Source of the DNA: a virus
Reading direction: 5' to 3' (one strand)
Virus record (IMG/VR): IMGVR_UViG_3300022689_000116
Coordinates: 1-64,000 of that record
Length of the DNA: 64,000 bases
The position numbers and the translations under genes were made by a program. A model generated the notes under the pieces. The model searched no databases. It had not been told where the DNA came from and was given only the letters and a program-made list of their open reading frames with translations. Positions within the stretch are counted from its first letter, which is position 1, and each line of letters begins with the position of its first letter. Shown piece after piece: positions 22,401 to 32,900 of this stretch.

Positions 22401-25400
22401 TTTTAAATGCTTTATCAAATAAATTATTTACTGGTTATAAAACTTCTTTTGAAGGTATGTTATCTGAATTAGAAAAAGCTTCTGAACAAAAACCTTATTT
22501 AATGCAAGTTGTAGAAAAACTTAAAGAGGAAGCTAAGGATGATAAATCTAAAATTCCTGCACAATTTGAAAGACTTGTATTTAAACATAAATCTGAAATG
22601 TTTTATATAGGTTATTCTTATCGTAAGGATAATTCTAGTAACAATAATAAGAAATACAAAGATAATAAAAAGTATTATTACATTGTTCCAGCTAGAACTA
22701 ATAATCTATATAATGAACGTGTTCTTGTAGATAGTTGGATTAGTAATTTTAGAATGGGTCAATATACAACCGTTGATGATAATTATGCTGATTCTATTTT
22801 AAGTGCTGAAAAGTTTGGTAAGTTAAAGAAAGATTATTATAAAATTGCCGATGTTATTGATACTCAAAATACATTATATAAAAATGCTGTTGAAAATGAT
22901 CAATTTGAGAAAGCCGAAAGTCATATGCTTAAACTTAAACAAGCTATTAAAGATGCTTTTGGAGTAACTGGTATAATGTTATCTAATGAAACAGTTGATA
23001 TAATTGCTAACAATAAATTTAAGATTGGTAATAATACTGTTACAGTTGCTAATATGTTTAAAGTTGGTAATAAGAATGTTGCTCAAGCTGGTGGTAGATT
23101 TACTAGATTTGTTAAGAATTTAAAGTTTGACAAACCTCTTAGTACATTTAATATATTTTCATCTTCTTTTGTCGAAAGTATTGCAGCTTTAGAATCTAAT
23201 TATAACAATGTTGATTTTAGTAGTAATTACTTAGATCAAGAAGGTAAGTCTATTAGTTCTAATAGTAACTATAAATTCTTAGTTGAAAGAGTTATTACTT
23301 TGTTGGATAATCCAGTTGTTGATAATAATACTAAAGAAACTATTTGGGAGAAACTTGATAATATTCCTTTCATTCGTAATTCAAGATGGTTTAATGATCT
23401 TAAAGAAGGTAAACTAAATAGAGATAATTTTCATGTAACTTACTCTGACGCTATTGTTCCTTTTAATAAAAGTGATAAAGCAGTTAAAATTAAAAATGCT
23501 CCTGAAGCAGATATTGAAAATTATAAACTAGGTCATTTCTTTAATATGAGAAGTGAACCTGAACAAGAACTTGTTAGGTTTATATATCCTACTCTTTCAG
23601 ATGGTGGTACTGTAATGGAAGTTACAGCTATGGCACAAGATTTTGAACTTGATGACAATAATCAGGTTTCTCAAAATACTATTAGTAGTATAGTAGATCA
23701 AATAGTAATGCCGGAAGTTGATAGGATTAAAGATGTTAAAGATAAGACTATTGATATTGAAGGTTACAATGAAGGTTCTAAATTATTTTTATTCTTCCCC
23801 GAACTTAATAAAAAATCTAATGGTTTATTTGATAATGATGGTAATTTAAAACTTGATGTTAAAGGTGAACTCCCATTGGAATCTGTTAAAACTATTAGAA
23901 AAGTTGTTAAAAAATATATTAATAATCTTGTTGATAATAAGATTAACGAATGGATTGATTTTGGTATTCTAAGAGAATCCCCTAAAGGTATTAGAAGTGA
24001 AATTCTAAACTATGATAAAGATAATCTAATAACTGAAACCCAATTAGAAAACGTTAAAAGGTGGAATACAACTAATGGATTATATGTTGATAGCGAACAA
24101 GTTAAATATAAAGATAGCACTGGTAAAGAAGTTGAAATAAGACCAGAAGATGTTATATTTGTATATGATACTGATGCTAGTGGAAGTTTACGAAATATAA
24201 CTTCTGCGGTAGCTAAAAAACGCTATGGTGCTAAAGATGGTTATGTTAATAGAGTTGTAGGTAATTCATTTGGTATTGTTACACTTGCAGATGAAAATGC
24301 CGATATTAAAGATATGTATCTTTCGAGGAATGAAGTTCGCGAAGCTTTTCAAAAGGTTGTAGATGCTGCCAATAAGAATCCTGATAAATATTTTGTATTA
24401 CCTACTTTTAGAAATTCATTTAAACAGTTTGGTTATAATACTTTTGAATATGCTCAAATATTGAGTACTTTAGCTTTACCTGAAAATATAGTTATAAATG
24501 AAAAGTTTGCTAAAACTATAAGTAAAGCTAGAACTAGTTTATTAGAAACTACTCCCGAAGAACTTGAAAGTAGAAAAGAGAAGTCTAAAGCATATATTTA
24601 TAAAGATCATATCTTACATTTTGTTGATAAGAATTATTCTGATAGAATGGAGATTATGCTCGAAGGTACTAATAAGAATAGAATTAAGCAAATGGCTCTC
24701 GATTATGTACTTAATTATATGGTAGCTAATACTAATATTCATCAACTTATAATTGGCGATCCTGCTTTATACTTTAAAAAGGCTAATGAAAATTTATATT
24801 CTCCAGAGAATGCAATAGCTACATTTGATAATGTTATAAAACGTCTTGCAGCTGATCGCGCTCCTGGTGAACACATGGCTAATAGTTTTGCTGTAGATGA
24901 AGTTTATAAACAAGTATTTGTATTAGATAGAAAGAAAAAACTTGCTTCACTAGCTAATACTTATCTTAAATCATTAGGTTTTGATTATAGTGAAATTAAT
25001 GGTACGGATGCTCAAGAAATGACTACTTTTAAAGAGGATATGTATGTTAAATATAGAAATGGTATTATAAGTAAAGCTTTATATAATAGACTATTTAATA
25101 AAAATGGTATTGTTACTAAAGAGTTAAATCGTAAAGATTCTAATGGCAAACCAAATCCTAACCATTATTATATGGGAGCTATTTATGGAACTCTTAGTAA
25201 AGAAGATTCTGATCTTTATAAAGAATTTAAAGAAAATGTTAATCAACCAGTTAAACCTGTTTATGTTAATAATCTTGCTCAAACTATAGATGGACACAAT
25301 GTTGATAGACGTATGTATATTAAATCTTCATCGTTTGCTTTAACACCTTCTCTGACTATGAATAGAGAACTTGATAAGGTACGTATTTATATGGAATCTA

Positions 25401-28400
25401 ATGGCATTGATCGTCTTGCATTTGGTTCTGCTGTTAAAGTTGGTAATTTTGCAACAAATCCACGAATATTTAATAATGATGGTACTATAACTATTCCTGA
25501 TGATTTTGATGACTATACTATGGAACTTCCTAGAAGTGGTTTTAGAATCCAGCAAGATAATCCATTTGATGTTAATAAAAATAAGGTTAAATTTGGAGTT
25601 CAAGAATCAGCCCTTCTATTTAATAATCTTTTACATATTGATAAATTTAAAGATTTAAGCACACGATTTAATGATACTTATTCTAAACTTTATCAATTAG
25701 AATTAGGTAAGCTTTATACTCAACTTGGTATATTAGAAGAAGGTCAAAAACTTAGTGATCTAAATGAAACTATATTAGATACTACATTTATAAATGATAA
25801 AATTAATCTTGAGAAACTTTCAGCACTTGTTAAAGAAGAAGCTTCTGCTAGAGGTTATAGTCGTAATGATATTGTTGGACTAGGACTTAAAGATGGTGAG
25901 TTTTTTATTCGTCTAGGTTTTCATACTAGAGCTATTAATTTAGAATCTTTATTTAATTCTATAATTAATAATAGAGTTATTTCTCATAAGATTACAGGTA
26001 AGAGTTTTATACTTGGTACAGAAGAAGGTTTTAAACATCTTGAAGATAAAAAATTAAGAGATAATATTGTCTATACTTCTGATATAGTTGATGATCTTAA
26101 ACCTATGGGTTTTACAGATAAAGATGGAAACTATATTGATATAAAAGATGTTGATAAGGATAGTAAGTTTCAACCTGCTCAGATATTTATACCTTCTATA
26201 CTAAGAGATAACAACGGTAAAAAGATAAATCTATTTGAAAAGGATATAGAAACTAAATCATACAAATATTTAATGATTGTTAAACGCAATGGTCAAAATA
26301 AACTTGTGCTTAGAAAGAATATGGTTGATTCTGATCTTTTTAAAGCTTTTGGTTTCCGTATTCCAACACAAGGTCATAATAGTATGACTTCAATAGAAAT
26401 AGCAGGTTTTCTTCCAGAAGATGCAGGTGATCTAATCATTGCTCCTAGAGATTTTGTTAAACAAATGGGTTCTGACTTTGATGTTGATAAACTTTACAGT
26501 TATATGTATAATATGGAAGTTAATGAAGATGGAAAGATTAAGAAAGTTAAATCTGGAAATGATAGTAAAAAGGCTTTACAAAATCAATTATTAGATATTC
26601 ATTTTGGAGTTTTAAATGATCCTAATGTAGATGTTCAAAAACAAATATTTGAACCTCTTGAATTTGGTATTCTAAAAATGGAACAAGGTGAATTTATAAG
26701 TTCTGATAAAGATGTTGAGAAAGCTGTTAATAATATGTATAATGGTAAGTTAGCAGACTATATTGATGATCTTAATAGTACAAGGGATAAAATGTTTACT
26801 GGAATAGATGATATGTTCCAAAGACAAAGCTTTCTTGAAGGTCGTGATGGTGGTGTTGGTATTGGTAAGTTTAGTTTAGATAGTACATTCAATGCTTTAT
26901 TACAACAAACTAAAGTTGAAATTGGTAAAGAAACAGTTAAAGGATTTAAACCAGATTCTGTTACACTTGGTAATAAAGTTTCCAATCACATTTACGATGC
27001 TAAATCTAATAAAATTGGAGATAAAGAATTTAATAAATCTCAAGTTATTTCTTGGTATCAATCAGCTTCTGTTGATAATGCTAAAGAAAAATTATTATAT
27101 AAACTTAATATCAATGATGTAACTTATGGTGCTATAACTTATCTAAATCAATTAGGATTTAATGAAGAAATTATATGGTTAATCAATCAACCTATTATTA
27201 GAGATTATGTAAGAGAATTACAAATTGTAAATAGTTCTATAAATTCTGTAGATGATTATATAAATAGAGCTACTTTAAAAGTTTATGAAAAGTATAATCG
27301 TGATCGAGTTTTTAGTAAAGAAGATGGAACTGACAAACTTACAAAAACTTATAATAATCCTGGTAGATATGGTATTGGCGAATTACATAAACTTCTTAAA
27401 CAAAATAAAGAAGGTATAAAAGACAATACTGCTGATGAATTTAACAGAAGTCAATTAGGTATATTTAAGATATTTAAAGACTTTAGTAAAAAAGGAGATG
27501 CTATTGCTGATTTACAATCTGTATTAAATAGTAACAGTAAAGGTATGGGTAAAGATGTAGCTACAGCTTATATCAAAACTAAAGCTATTTTAGAAATAGA
27601 TGATAATGTTAGTTTTTACAATCCTTCACAACTTATTGGAACTAAGATAAATGAAATTAAATATCGTAAGTTAGAACCTGAACAACAAAACCAATATTTC
27701 AAAATAGAAGATAATGTTTATATTAAACCTACCACTATTGCAGGTATGGCTTCTATATTTGGTACTATTGCAGGTACTAAATTATGGTCTAGTATCTTCC
27801 CTTATAACAGTCCTATAATAGGTCGTGAAATAGATAAGATACATGAAATTTCTAATTTTAGGTCTAAGCATATTTCTACAGAAGCTAAAGATATTAAACA
27901 TTTATGGACTGAGTTAAAGAAATTTATCAATAGTAAGACTATTTCTAACATAAGTACTGAAAGTCCAAATGAGATTCGTAATCGTCTTATGTTAGATAGA
28001 TTTGATGGGGATAATAATCATACTCATTATTCATTAGCTTCTATTATAAAAGCTGGAAAAGAAAATGGTACATTGACAAGTAATGATCTTGTCAATACTT
28101 TAATACTTGAACCTAAAAAGAATAGGAATAGTTTTGCACTTGTTAAGTATAATACTAATGGTAAGAATATAGATGAATCTAATCTTATAAATGGATTTAT
28201 GCAACTTATTCATACTAATAAAAAGATTGGAGATTTCAATGGGGTTGAATATACAACTCGTAATCTTGCTGCTGATCTTTTACTCTATAGTCTTACTGCT
28301 GGTGGAGTTCAACAATTTGGAAGGTTTGCTAAATATGTTCCTATGGAATATCTTGATAAGGTTGGTTATACAGAAGCTATCAATAGTTTAGATTTTACTA

Positions 28401-29923
28401 ACCCTTATATAGCTGGTTATACAGAAATGAATGAAGATCATAATAATATATCTGAATTTGTAACTCAATATTTTCAGCATTTTCCAACTAAGACTCAAAA
28501 AGTAAATCTTAGTAATTCATTTATGTTTTATGATAACTCTTTAGATTTAGATGATCTTAAACAAATTCAATTAGATAAACTCAACATTGAAGATTCTGTA
28601 TTAGTAGAAGGAGTTCCTGTTAGTAAGGAAATGGAACAAGCAGAAAATAGACGTCTTGCTTTTATTAGAAGAATATATAGAACTTATGATGAAAATGATG
28701 ATTCTAATAATGAATTAAAAGAGTTCTTCCATGTTCAACATCCTGATACTAATAAAGTTTATCTATTTAGACTTATTAATAAAAAGGATGGTACTTATGC
28801 TAAAATTCCAACTTTAGGTCAGCAAGGTATTTCTGAATATAATTATGATTCTATAAATGACAACAATTATCAGAATAGTGTACTTAACAATAATAATGAT
28901 AAACTTATTACATTCCGTGATCCTACATTACATGATAAGAAAGCTAGTTATTTAAGTCAATCTGATCTTACCGATAACCGTTCCTTAATAGACAATTATA
29001 ACATAAATAGTTTAAATGCTAAAACAATATTAAGAAATATCATTAAGCACAAACAAGATAGAATTAATAGGAATAAGCTTCAAACTAATGATATGAATAA
29101 TCAATTAGTATTTAATTCTTTCATAGCTGAAAAGATATTAGATCGTATTGATAACTTCGATATTAAAATTGTTATAGATAATACAATTAAAGCTTCAGGA
29201 CAAATTACAAGTACTGATAATTATGCTAATAATATAACTATTAAATTAAACTTACAAGATATAAATTCTTATAAGAATAATCAAGTTGTTGATACTGTTA
29301 GTATTGAAGATGCTAGTATTAATCCTGAACTTTATACTTTTGAACGTGTTTTCTTACATGAAGGACTTCATGCTATTACGCTTAATTATCTAAAGACAAC
29401 TGAGGAGAGCAATCTTTCTATTCTACAGGGAAATTGGGCAAAGGCTAGAACTTATGCTCAAAACAATGGTGTCAATATTAAAGAACTTGATAGACTTGTT
29501 AATACACCCGGAGCTTCTCTTCCCGCTGATATGTATAAATATTATGGACTTGCTCAAACTAAGGATGGTAAGCCTAGACTAGATGAGTTTATAACAGGTG
29601 TATTTACTGATGCTGAATTTAGGAATTTTTTAAGTGGTATTGATAGTGATACTAAATCAGTATTAGATAAGATACTTGAGTTTATTGTTAATGCTCTAAA
29701 CGAGATAGGTTTTAATATTAAAGAAAATACTTTAGCTGAAAGTTCATTGCTTGAAATTATTAATGTTATTGAGGAGTCAGATTTCCCGGTAAAGAAGAAA
29801 AATGTGAATGTCGAGAATGATAGTATTAATAGTGTTCTTAAAGCATTTGGTGAAGAAAATTTAGATAATATTATAAATGATCTTATTAAAAATAATCAAG
29901 TTAGTATTGCTTGTAAACTTTAA
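16433..29923 (+). CDS. giant virion-associated RNA polymerase polyprotein (double-psi barrel) with N-terminal hydrophobic segments and C-terminal zincin motif
   Basis: GFRIPTQ and MGSDFDVDKL (DxDxD at 26474-26488) as in the phi14:2 gp66 family; FLHEGLHAI HExxH at 29357-29371. Confidence 0.9.
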   Translation: MANKNTIQEIVAPETSDLLKEVQKYSNVKPNPIDKTKPLTSINSAKQQSKIGDTKISTEDLNVIGKYLSPYGGIYPGTDFREKAAQVQTTGNKWFNGVVKFTGRVGTSFLEPFVDIGYGIPSIMATGKFSALYDNDITQAFDEFNNHLQKQFPNFYTHAETDSKALSLKNLTSANFWADKVLGGAAFTVGTLLNAYATAGIGTALRGGAALKAFRAGFKEMSLAAETENALKAISSKAARVRTGDAIQNLATTILSVAGESGVEARDLGNTLKAQMADYVKQGLISQEEASRQIENAMNLAFAANVAIVGTSQFIQFGKLYSRGFKSDKLNIFKLVKEGGTFKPTLPETGFGKFVAKSAGGRAILKDILTESKEEGLQYLTQKTLEYKYGAEVSKDMTESISHGFKELFGTKEGIENMLIGAILGGGSHLGKAVTGNAENPYTAKVNKSNVVADLANRYFSDDNNKLRDLVSNVGVYTAANERKEYYLSKDDIFNYKNEESQEFASMVKSFADLGAMDVLYEQVDEITSMNDEEYNKMFGQAEDVKVTKSREELSREIKEKAEALDRINTNINTAFNNHIPAYKNNLFYVSAMIDDGRRREAILKNELSEVTGIQYEDFAKLRTQNYKDRELAKIEKSNKTPEEKQKAIDELESLNKETLDDAYSKAINNWITDNNPDLTDTEIKTLTTKLDDLTRLHDRRQNFIDTYNYMVSEKGMENTTFEGLSKSADKDAQESIKELQALQEKFQKDINEGKLNKKEIDKAIIDAEALYKLNGRESFNKLKKNLTKLRDNYYNKKGSDNSSNPTGKSNNTKNTKVEDTSDINETNDDTSVAEPTQEEVDLEQVMADTELEDINDEVIEEGDVKNVSELRNSNLSQDQEGLILDALDEANKLEDTEGVDEVIKSPKKVSGDQAKKAFIQLFDRLSPNSIFSWNLSNNMLYDFGAIMEKINDVAVKNGKELSPQAFQVLQGFYFAYVYSTAKDQAKYKNPMSYKYADLESAEIAHQNRVAVTVHDVNKKYTKDVAKEDLADMETRRVGRVTENAHRTVSAFNRAYEKVKGENKFRDLNNTIVNLAALDFNKVNVGSTITLRIPKKVEHTVDGIPKGKAEILQRALNKENLTKDELRQLTIEMVDEDGNTIGYLHTEEWVDNKFKMIKENHPDHYSDEKLQEEMDNLLSIRASVYLNGSVKTTVTGRSNGILLNWKSDNTDAVTISAKTAFQDDNLKFGIGDSGRVEIGNNRSSNDIGEELTNPDKVVDGITYAVLPVNKNTTTNQVKYISVPLQSIKIGNLTDEQKQAKIKSSIVNAIRIYITNANPDVKVKLSVEDQNVVKDLKKAGYDITTSTGLNNYLQNFIYTFKTVGFNSEDKAGELLRTFLKSKSTTDVAIKAGTKYIEFGSGDANGAGENYVAKITKKGVEYYIGGERVNLSKQDSIDEETFFKALGGITNKAYIASDSKLINKKGKFNLNYIVDGKVETKEYKQYNDYLKENFLTDIYGHTTKEGKTYYSIHPIIEFDDSFIKGKQNTKQVADTISETEGKAEKEVRAKAMIERAITEVMSTGDIMVGEETYTLEEILPIGKQSTEGVTTIYKDSKGKKVKVTVPITDIVDQKYSNNDIADLIYARVRTESSPVEKEITKETPSEQTGGKFSTDELDDIASQFGETNNTNDEVINAPMRVVDDEIFNLEVDLGIRHNPNDTKPVYKRWLQRQYKAVLKKAIELNSKLKDTSYKVKIIKIEGEVGDNRVYFALKAVRRVDEQVINSLIKEKDLSTNTLRQNIDGTLYIADLNLALQNSTIGDLKTAIIRRLKEVRGNRSLEKQVLETSLNDALQGYIDLRNQFISAKNQSTDKNRIAQYDKTITGLTDIINNFDTLAKFAINELASINLLSVSTKIKLEGGKIKTQEVEKTIDNNILNENDEDDPDTGVEDMDSNGEDTAHFETEHSIKIDHKKTISKELKLFLSDITNDKIGRTIFGKALPMRFDTVYNDVLNALSNKLFTGYKTSFEGMLSELEKASEQKPYLMQVVEKLKEEAKDDKSKIPAQFERLVFKHKSEMFYIGYSYRKDNSSNNNKKYKDNKKYYYIVPARTNNLYNERVLVDSWISNFRMGQYTTVDDNYADSILSAEKFGKLKKDYYKIADVIDTQNTLYKNAVENDQFEKAESHMLKLKQAIKDAFGVTGIMLSNETVDIIANNKFKIGNNTVTVANMFKVGNKNVAQAGGRFTRFVKNLKFDKPLSTFNIFSSSFVESIAALESNYNNVDFSSNYLDQEGKSISSNSNYKFLVERVITLLDNPVVDNNTKETIWEKLDNIPFIRNSRWFNDLKEGKLNRDNFHVTYSDAIVPFNKSDKAVKIKNAPEADIENYKLGHFFNMRSEPEQELVRFIYPTLSDGGTVMEVTAMAQDFELDDNNQVSQNTISSIVDQIVMPEVDRIKDVKDKTIDIEGYNEGSKLFLFFPELNKKSNGLFDNDGNLKLDVKGELPLESVKTIRKVVKKYINNLVDNKINEWIDFGILRESPKGIRSEILNYDKDNLITETQLENVKRWNTTNGLYVDSEQVKYKDSTGKEVEIRPEDVIFVYDTDASGSLRNITSAVAKKRYGAKDGYVNRVVGNSFGIVTLADENADIKDMYLSRNEVREAFQKVVDAANKNPDKYFVLPTFRNSFKQFGYNTFEYAQILSTLALPENIVINEKFAKTISKARTSLLETTPEELESRKEKSKAYIYKDHILHFVDKNYSDRMEIMLEGTNKNRIKQMALDYVLNYMVANTNIHQLIIGDPALYFKKANENLYSPENAIATFDNVIKRLAADRAPGEHMANSFAVDEVYKQVFVLDRKKKLASLANTYLKSLGFDYSEINGTDAQEMTTFKEDMYVKYRNGIISKALYNRLFNKNGIVTKELNRKDSNGKPNPNHYYMGAIYGTLSKEDSDLYKEFKENVNQPVKPVYVNNLAQTIDGHNVDRRMYIKSSSFALTPSLTMNRELDKVRIYMESNGIDRLAFGSAVKVGNFATNPRIFNNDGTITIPDDFDDYTMELPRSGFRIQQDNPFDVNKNKVKFGVQESALLFNNLLHIDKFKDLSTRFNDTYSKLYQLELGKLYTQLGILEEGQKLSDLNETILDTTFINDKINLEKLSALVKEEASARGYSRNDIVGLGLKDGEFFIRLGFHTRAINLESLFNSIINNRVISHKITGKSFILGTEEGFKHLEDKKLRDNIVYTSDIVDDLKPMGFTDKDGNYIDIKDVDKDSKFQPAQIFIPSILRDNNGKKINLFEKDIETKSYKYLMIVKRNGQNKLVLRKNMVDSDLFKAFGFRIPTQGHNSMTSIEIAGFLPEDAGDLIIAPRDFVKQMGSDFDVDKLYSYMYNMEVNEDGKIKKVKSGNDSKKALQNQLLDIHFGVLNDPNVDVQKQIFEPLEFGILKMEQGEFISSDKDVEKAVNNMYNGKLADYIDDLNSTRDKMFTGIDDMFQRQSFLEGRDGGVGIGKFSLDSTFNALLQQTKVEIGKETVKGFKPDSVTLGNKVSNHIYDAKSNKIGDKEFNKSQVISWYQSASVDNAKEKLLYKLNINDVTYGAITYLNQLGFNEEIIWLINQPIIRDYVRELQIVNSSINSVDDYINRATLKVYEKYNRDRVFSKEDGTDKLTKTYNNPGRYGIGELHKLLKQNKEGIKDNTADEFNRSQLGIFKIFKDFSKKGDAIADLQSVLNSNSKGMGKDVATAYIKTKAILEIDDNVSFYNPSQLIGTKINEIKYRKLEPEQQNQYFKIEDNVYIKPTTIAGMASIFGTIAGTKLWSSIFPYNSPIIGREIDKIHEISNFRSKHISTEAKDIKHLWTELKKFINSKTISNISTESPNEIRNRLMLDRFDGDNNHTHYSLASIIKAGKENGTLTSNDLVNTLILEPKKNRNSFALVKYNTNGKNIDESNLINGFMQLIHTNKKIGDFNGVEYTTRNLAADLLLYSLTAGGVQQFGRFAKYVPMEYLDKVGYTEAINSLDFTNPYIAGYTEMNEDHNNISEFVTQYFQHFPTKTQKVNLSNSFMFYDNSLDLDDLKQIQLDKLNIEDSVLVEGVPVSKEMEQAENRRLAFIRRIYRTYDENDDSNNELKEFFHVQHPDTNKVYLFRLINKKDGTYAKIPTLGQQGISEYNYDSINDNNYQNSVLNNNNDKLITFRDPTLHDKKASYLSQSDLTDNRSLIDNYNINSLNAKTILRNIIKHKQDRINRNKLQTNDMNNQLVFNSFIAEKILDRIDNFDIKIVIDNTIKASGQITSTDNYANNITIKLNLQDINSYKNNQVVDTVSIEDASINPELYTFERVFLHEGLHAITLNYLKTTEESNLSILQGNWAKARTYAQNNGVNIKELDRLVNTPGASLPADMYKYYGLAQTKDGKPRLDEFITGVFTDAEFRNFLSGIDSDTKSVLDKILEFIVNALNEIGFNIKENTLAESSLLEIINVIEESDFPVKKKNVNVENDSINSVLKAFGEENLDNIINDLIKNNQVSIACKL

Positions 29924-29935
29924 ATAATTAAAGAT

Positions 29936-32900
29936 ATGTCAATTTGTACAAACGGTATAAGCCGTATTCGAGTAAAAGCCGCAAATGGTAAAGATAGTAT
30001 ATTATTCAAAAATATATTAGATCATTATGAAGGCAATAGAGATGATGCTATAAGACTTTATGCTTATGCTAATTCTCAAGAGTTTTTTGATAACTATGGT
30101 AATTATAAATCTAATCCTGAATCATTCAGTAATTTAGATATTAATTCTGAACCTAAAATAACAGATGTTTTAAATACTGTTTCTGAAACTGATTATAGAC
30201 TTGCTCCTAAAATTGGTAAAGATTTTTCTTTTGCTTTTGATAAAGATAAGTTTACACAGAATACAGAACTTGATGATGAAACTATCAAGAATAATAGAAA
30301 ACGATCTAGACGTATTATTGTTAAAAAGAGAGCCATTTTAGATGATTTATATAAACATTTAACCCCTCTTAAATTTGTTGATAGTAACGATGCAAGACGT
30401 GAAGAATATAAAATTAATATGCGTATTAGTGCATTAAATGGTGAGATTAATCGTATTGAAGAAGAAATGGATGCTGATGCTCTGGTTAAAATGGCTAATG
30501 CTGACCTTAAACGTGTAAGCTATATTCTTAGTAATAGAAATATTAACATGAGTGATTTCTTTTATGCAAAAAATACACTTAATGTTTGGTATGATGTTAT
30601 TAATACTTTCTTTCAAGAATCTAAGACTAGCGATAATACTTTTTATGGTGAAGCAAAAGATGATAGTCTTAGGTTTAAATCACTTAGTGATGTTGAGGCA
30701 GAAGCTAAACGTTTAATCAATGCTGCAAATGCTAAAGAAGTATTTCTTATTAATCAATATTTGAAATCTGAAACAGGTAGAGATGTTGATATTAAGAAAG
30801 TATTTAGAGAACAACAAGATTATAGTGCTGTTCATGCTAGTACCATGAGTATTGATAGAACTGATAATATATTATTTCAACAAGTTGCTAATACTAATTA
30901 TAAAATAATTGGTAGAGTTAAAGAACAATACCAAACTTTTGAAAAAGAAATTGATGTTCTTATTGATAAGGCTGAAAGAGAATTAAAAAACATTGCTACT
31001 TCAAGTGATAAATATGATATATTTAGAGAGAAATATAAAGATGGTAGTGCAACTGGCAATATGATTAGACAATTTAATCCTGAATATGATGATGAAAATG
31101 CTATCCAATTTAGTAAAGCGATTGAGTCTAATAGTGAAACTTCTTTTGCTACTTACTATAAATGGTTTAACGATAACAACTACATACTTGATTTTCGTAT
31201 TTTATTTCAAGGTGAGAGAGATAATGATGGACTTCTATTTTGGAATGAAACACAACATACTAAAGCTGAAAAAGATAAACTTATTAATGATCTTAAAGAA
31301 TTAGTTGGAGAAAAAGAAACTCAAAGACTATTGGAATTAAGTGAGAAATATCTTGATGATTATGCTTCTGCTAGAGAGGTTGCTATTGAAGAAATAAATT
31401 CTAGAGCAGATCGTACTACTGATCAAAAAGATGAAGATTTTCGTAGATGGGAAGTAACGTATTCTCCATTCTATTATTCTAATGCAATAGTTAATCAAAA
31501 AATATATACTATTGGTAATAGTATTGCAAATCATAAAGGTCGTCATTCAGTAATGGCTGTTCCTCGTAAAACCAATCGTGAAACTGGACAAGATACAGGA
31601 TGGTTTAATGAAGATTTTGCTAAGATTAAAAATAGTCCTGCCGTATATGAGTTTTATTTAAAGTTTATTAAGACTAATCATATGCTTAATAATTTATTAC
31701 CTTATACAGTATCTAATCACCTTAGAGATAATACTATTCCAACTCTTAGAAAGACTATGTATGATCATATGACAGAAGATGGTATGAAAGGTGTTATGAA
31801 AGATGTGTATCAAGGAGTTATTAATAGTCTTACTACAAATGATAGTAACGAACTTGTTTATGCTGATATTGACCCTTATACTGGTGAGATTGAAAAAAAT
31901 CTTACTATTTCTTTTGTTAAACAAAATCTTAAAGAAATTAATAAAAGATATACTACAAGACTTATACAGTTTGAATCTACAAATAATGCTAAAGCAAGTA
32001 TTGAAGATAAACGTAAGATTAAGAAAGAAGTAATGGATTCTATGGCTAAAGAAAAGTCTTTTGATTTAGGTAAAATTCTTAAAGCTTATTACATGAGTGT
32101 AATGTTTTATACAGCTAAGGCTAGAATAGAAGATTTAGTTCGTGTTAGTGATAGTGTTTTCCAAAGAGAAGCAGAAGTTCTAAGAACAGCTTCTGGAAAG
32201 AATAAACGTCAAGGTAGAATTGGAGAACTTTTAAGAAAGTCCCCTGATCGTAGTTTTAAGAATATTAAAGATCAATGGGATTATTGGGTTGAATACTTCT
32301 ATGGACATCGTAGTGATGATGAACATGTATTTGCTACTAAAGTTCTTACCAAAGAAGAGAAAGAAGAAAAGACTAAGATACTTGAACTTATGGCTACAAT
32401 TAAAAAAGATTTTGAGAATGGAGATATTGAAGCTGAGGAATATAATTTAAAACTTACTAAATTAGAAACTATTCTTGAAGAACTTGGTCGTAATTATTCT
32501 AGTGCTAAAATAGGTAGGACAATACTTAAATATAATCAGCTTAAATCTATGGGTTGGAATGCTTTTAGTGGTGTTACCAACATGACTCAAGGTTATATTA
32601 ATAACTTCATGGAAGCTAATGATGGTAGATTATTTACTAAAAAGAATTTAGGTGTAGCTTATAAAAAGGTTTTCAATTCAGTGCTTAAAAACTATTCTTT
32701 TAATACTATTGAAAGTAATGAAGCTAAGAAGATTAGATCACTTATGGATAGGATGGATGCTATGAGTGAAACTTCTAATGAACTTTATCAACGTAGTTTT
32801 AAGAATAGAAAGACTGGTGGAATTAATTGGATGAATCCTTATAATATACAGAACAGAAGTGAATATTTTAATCAAGCTCCTTTGCTTGTTGCAACTATGT

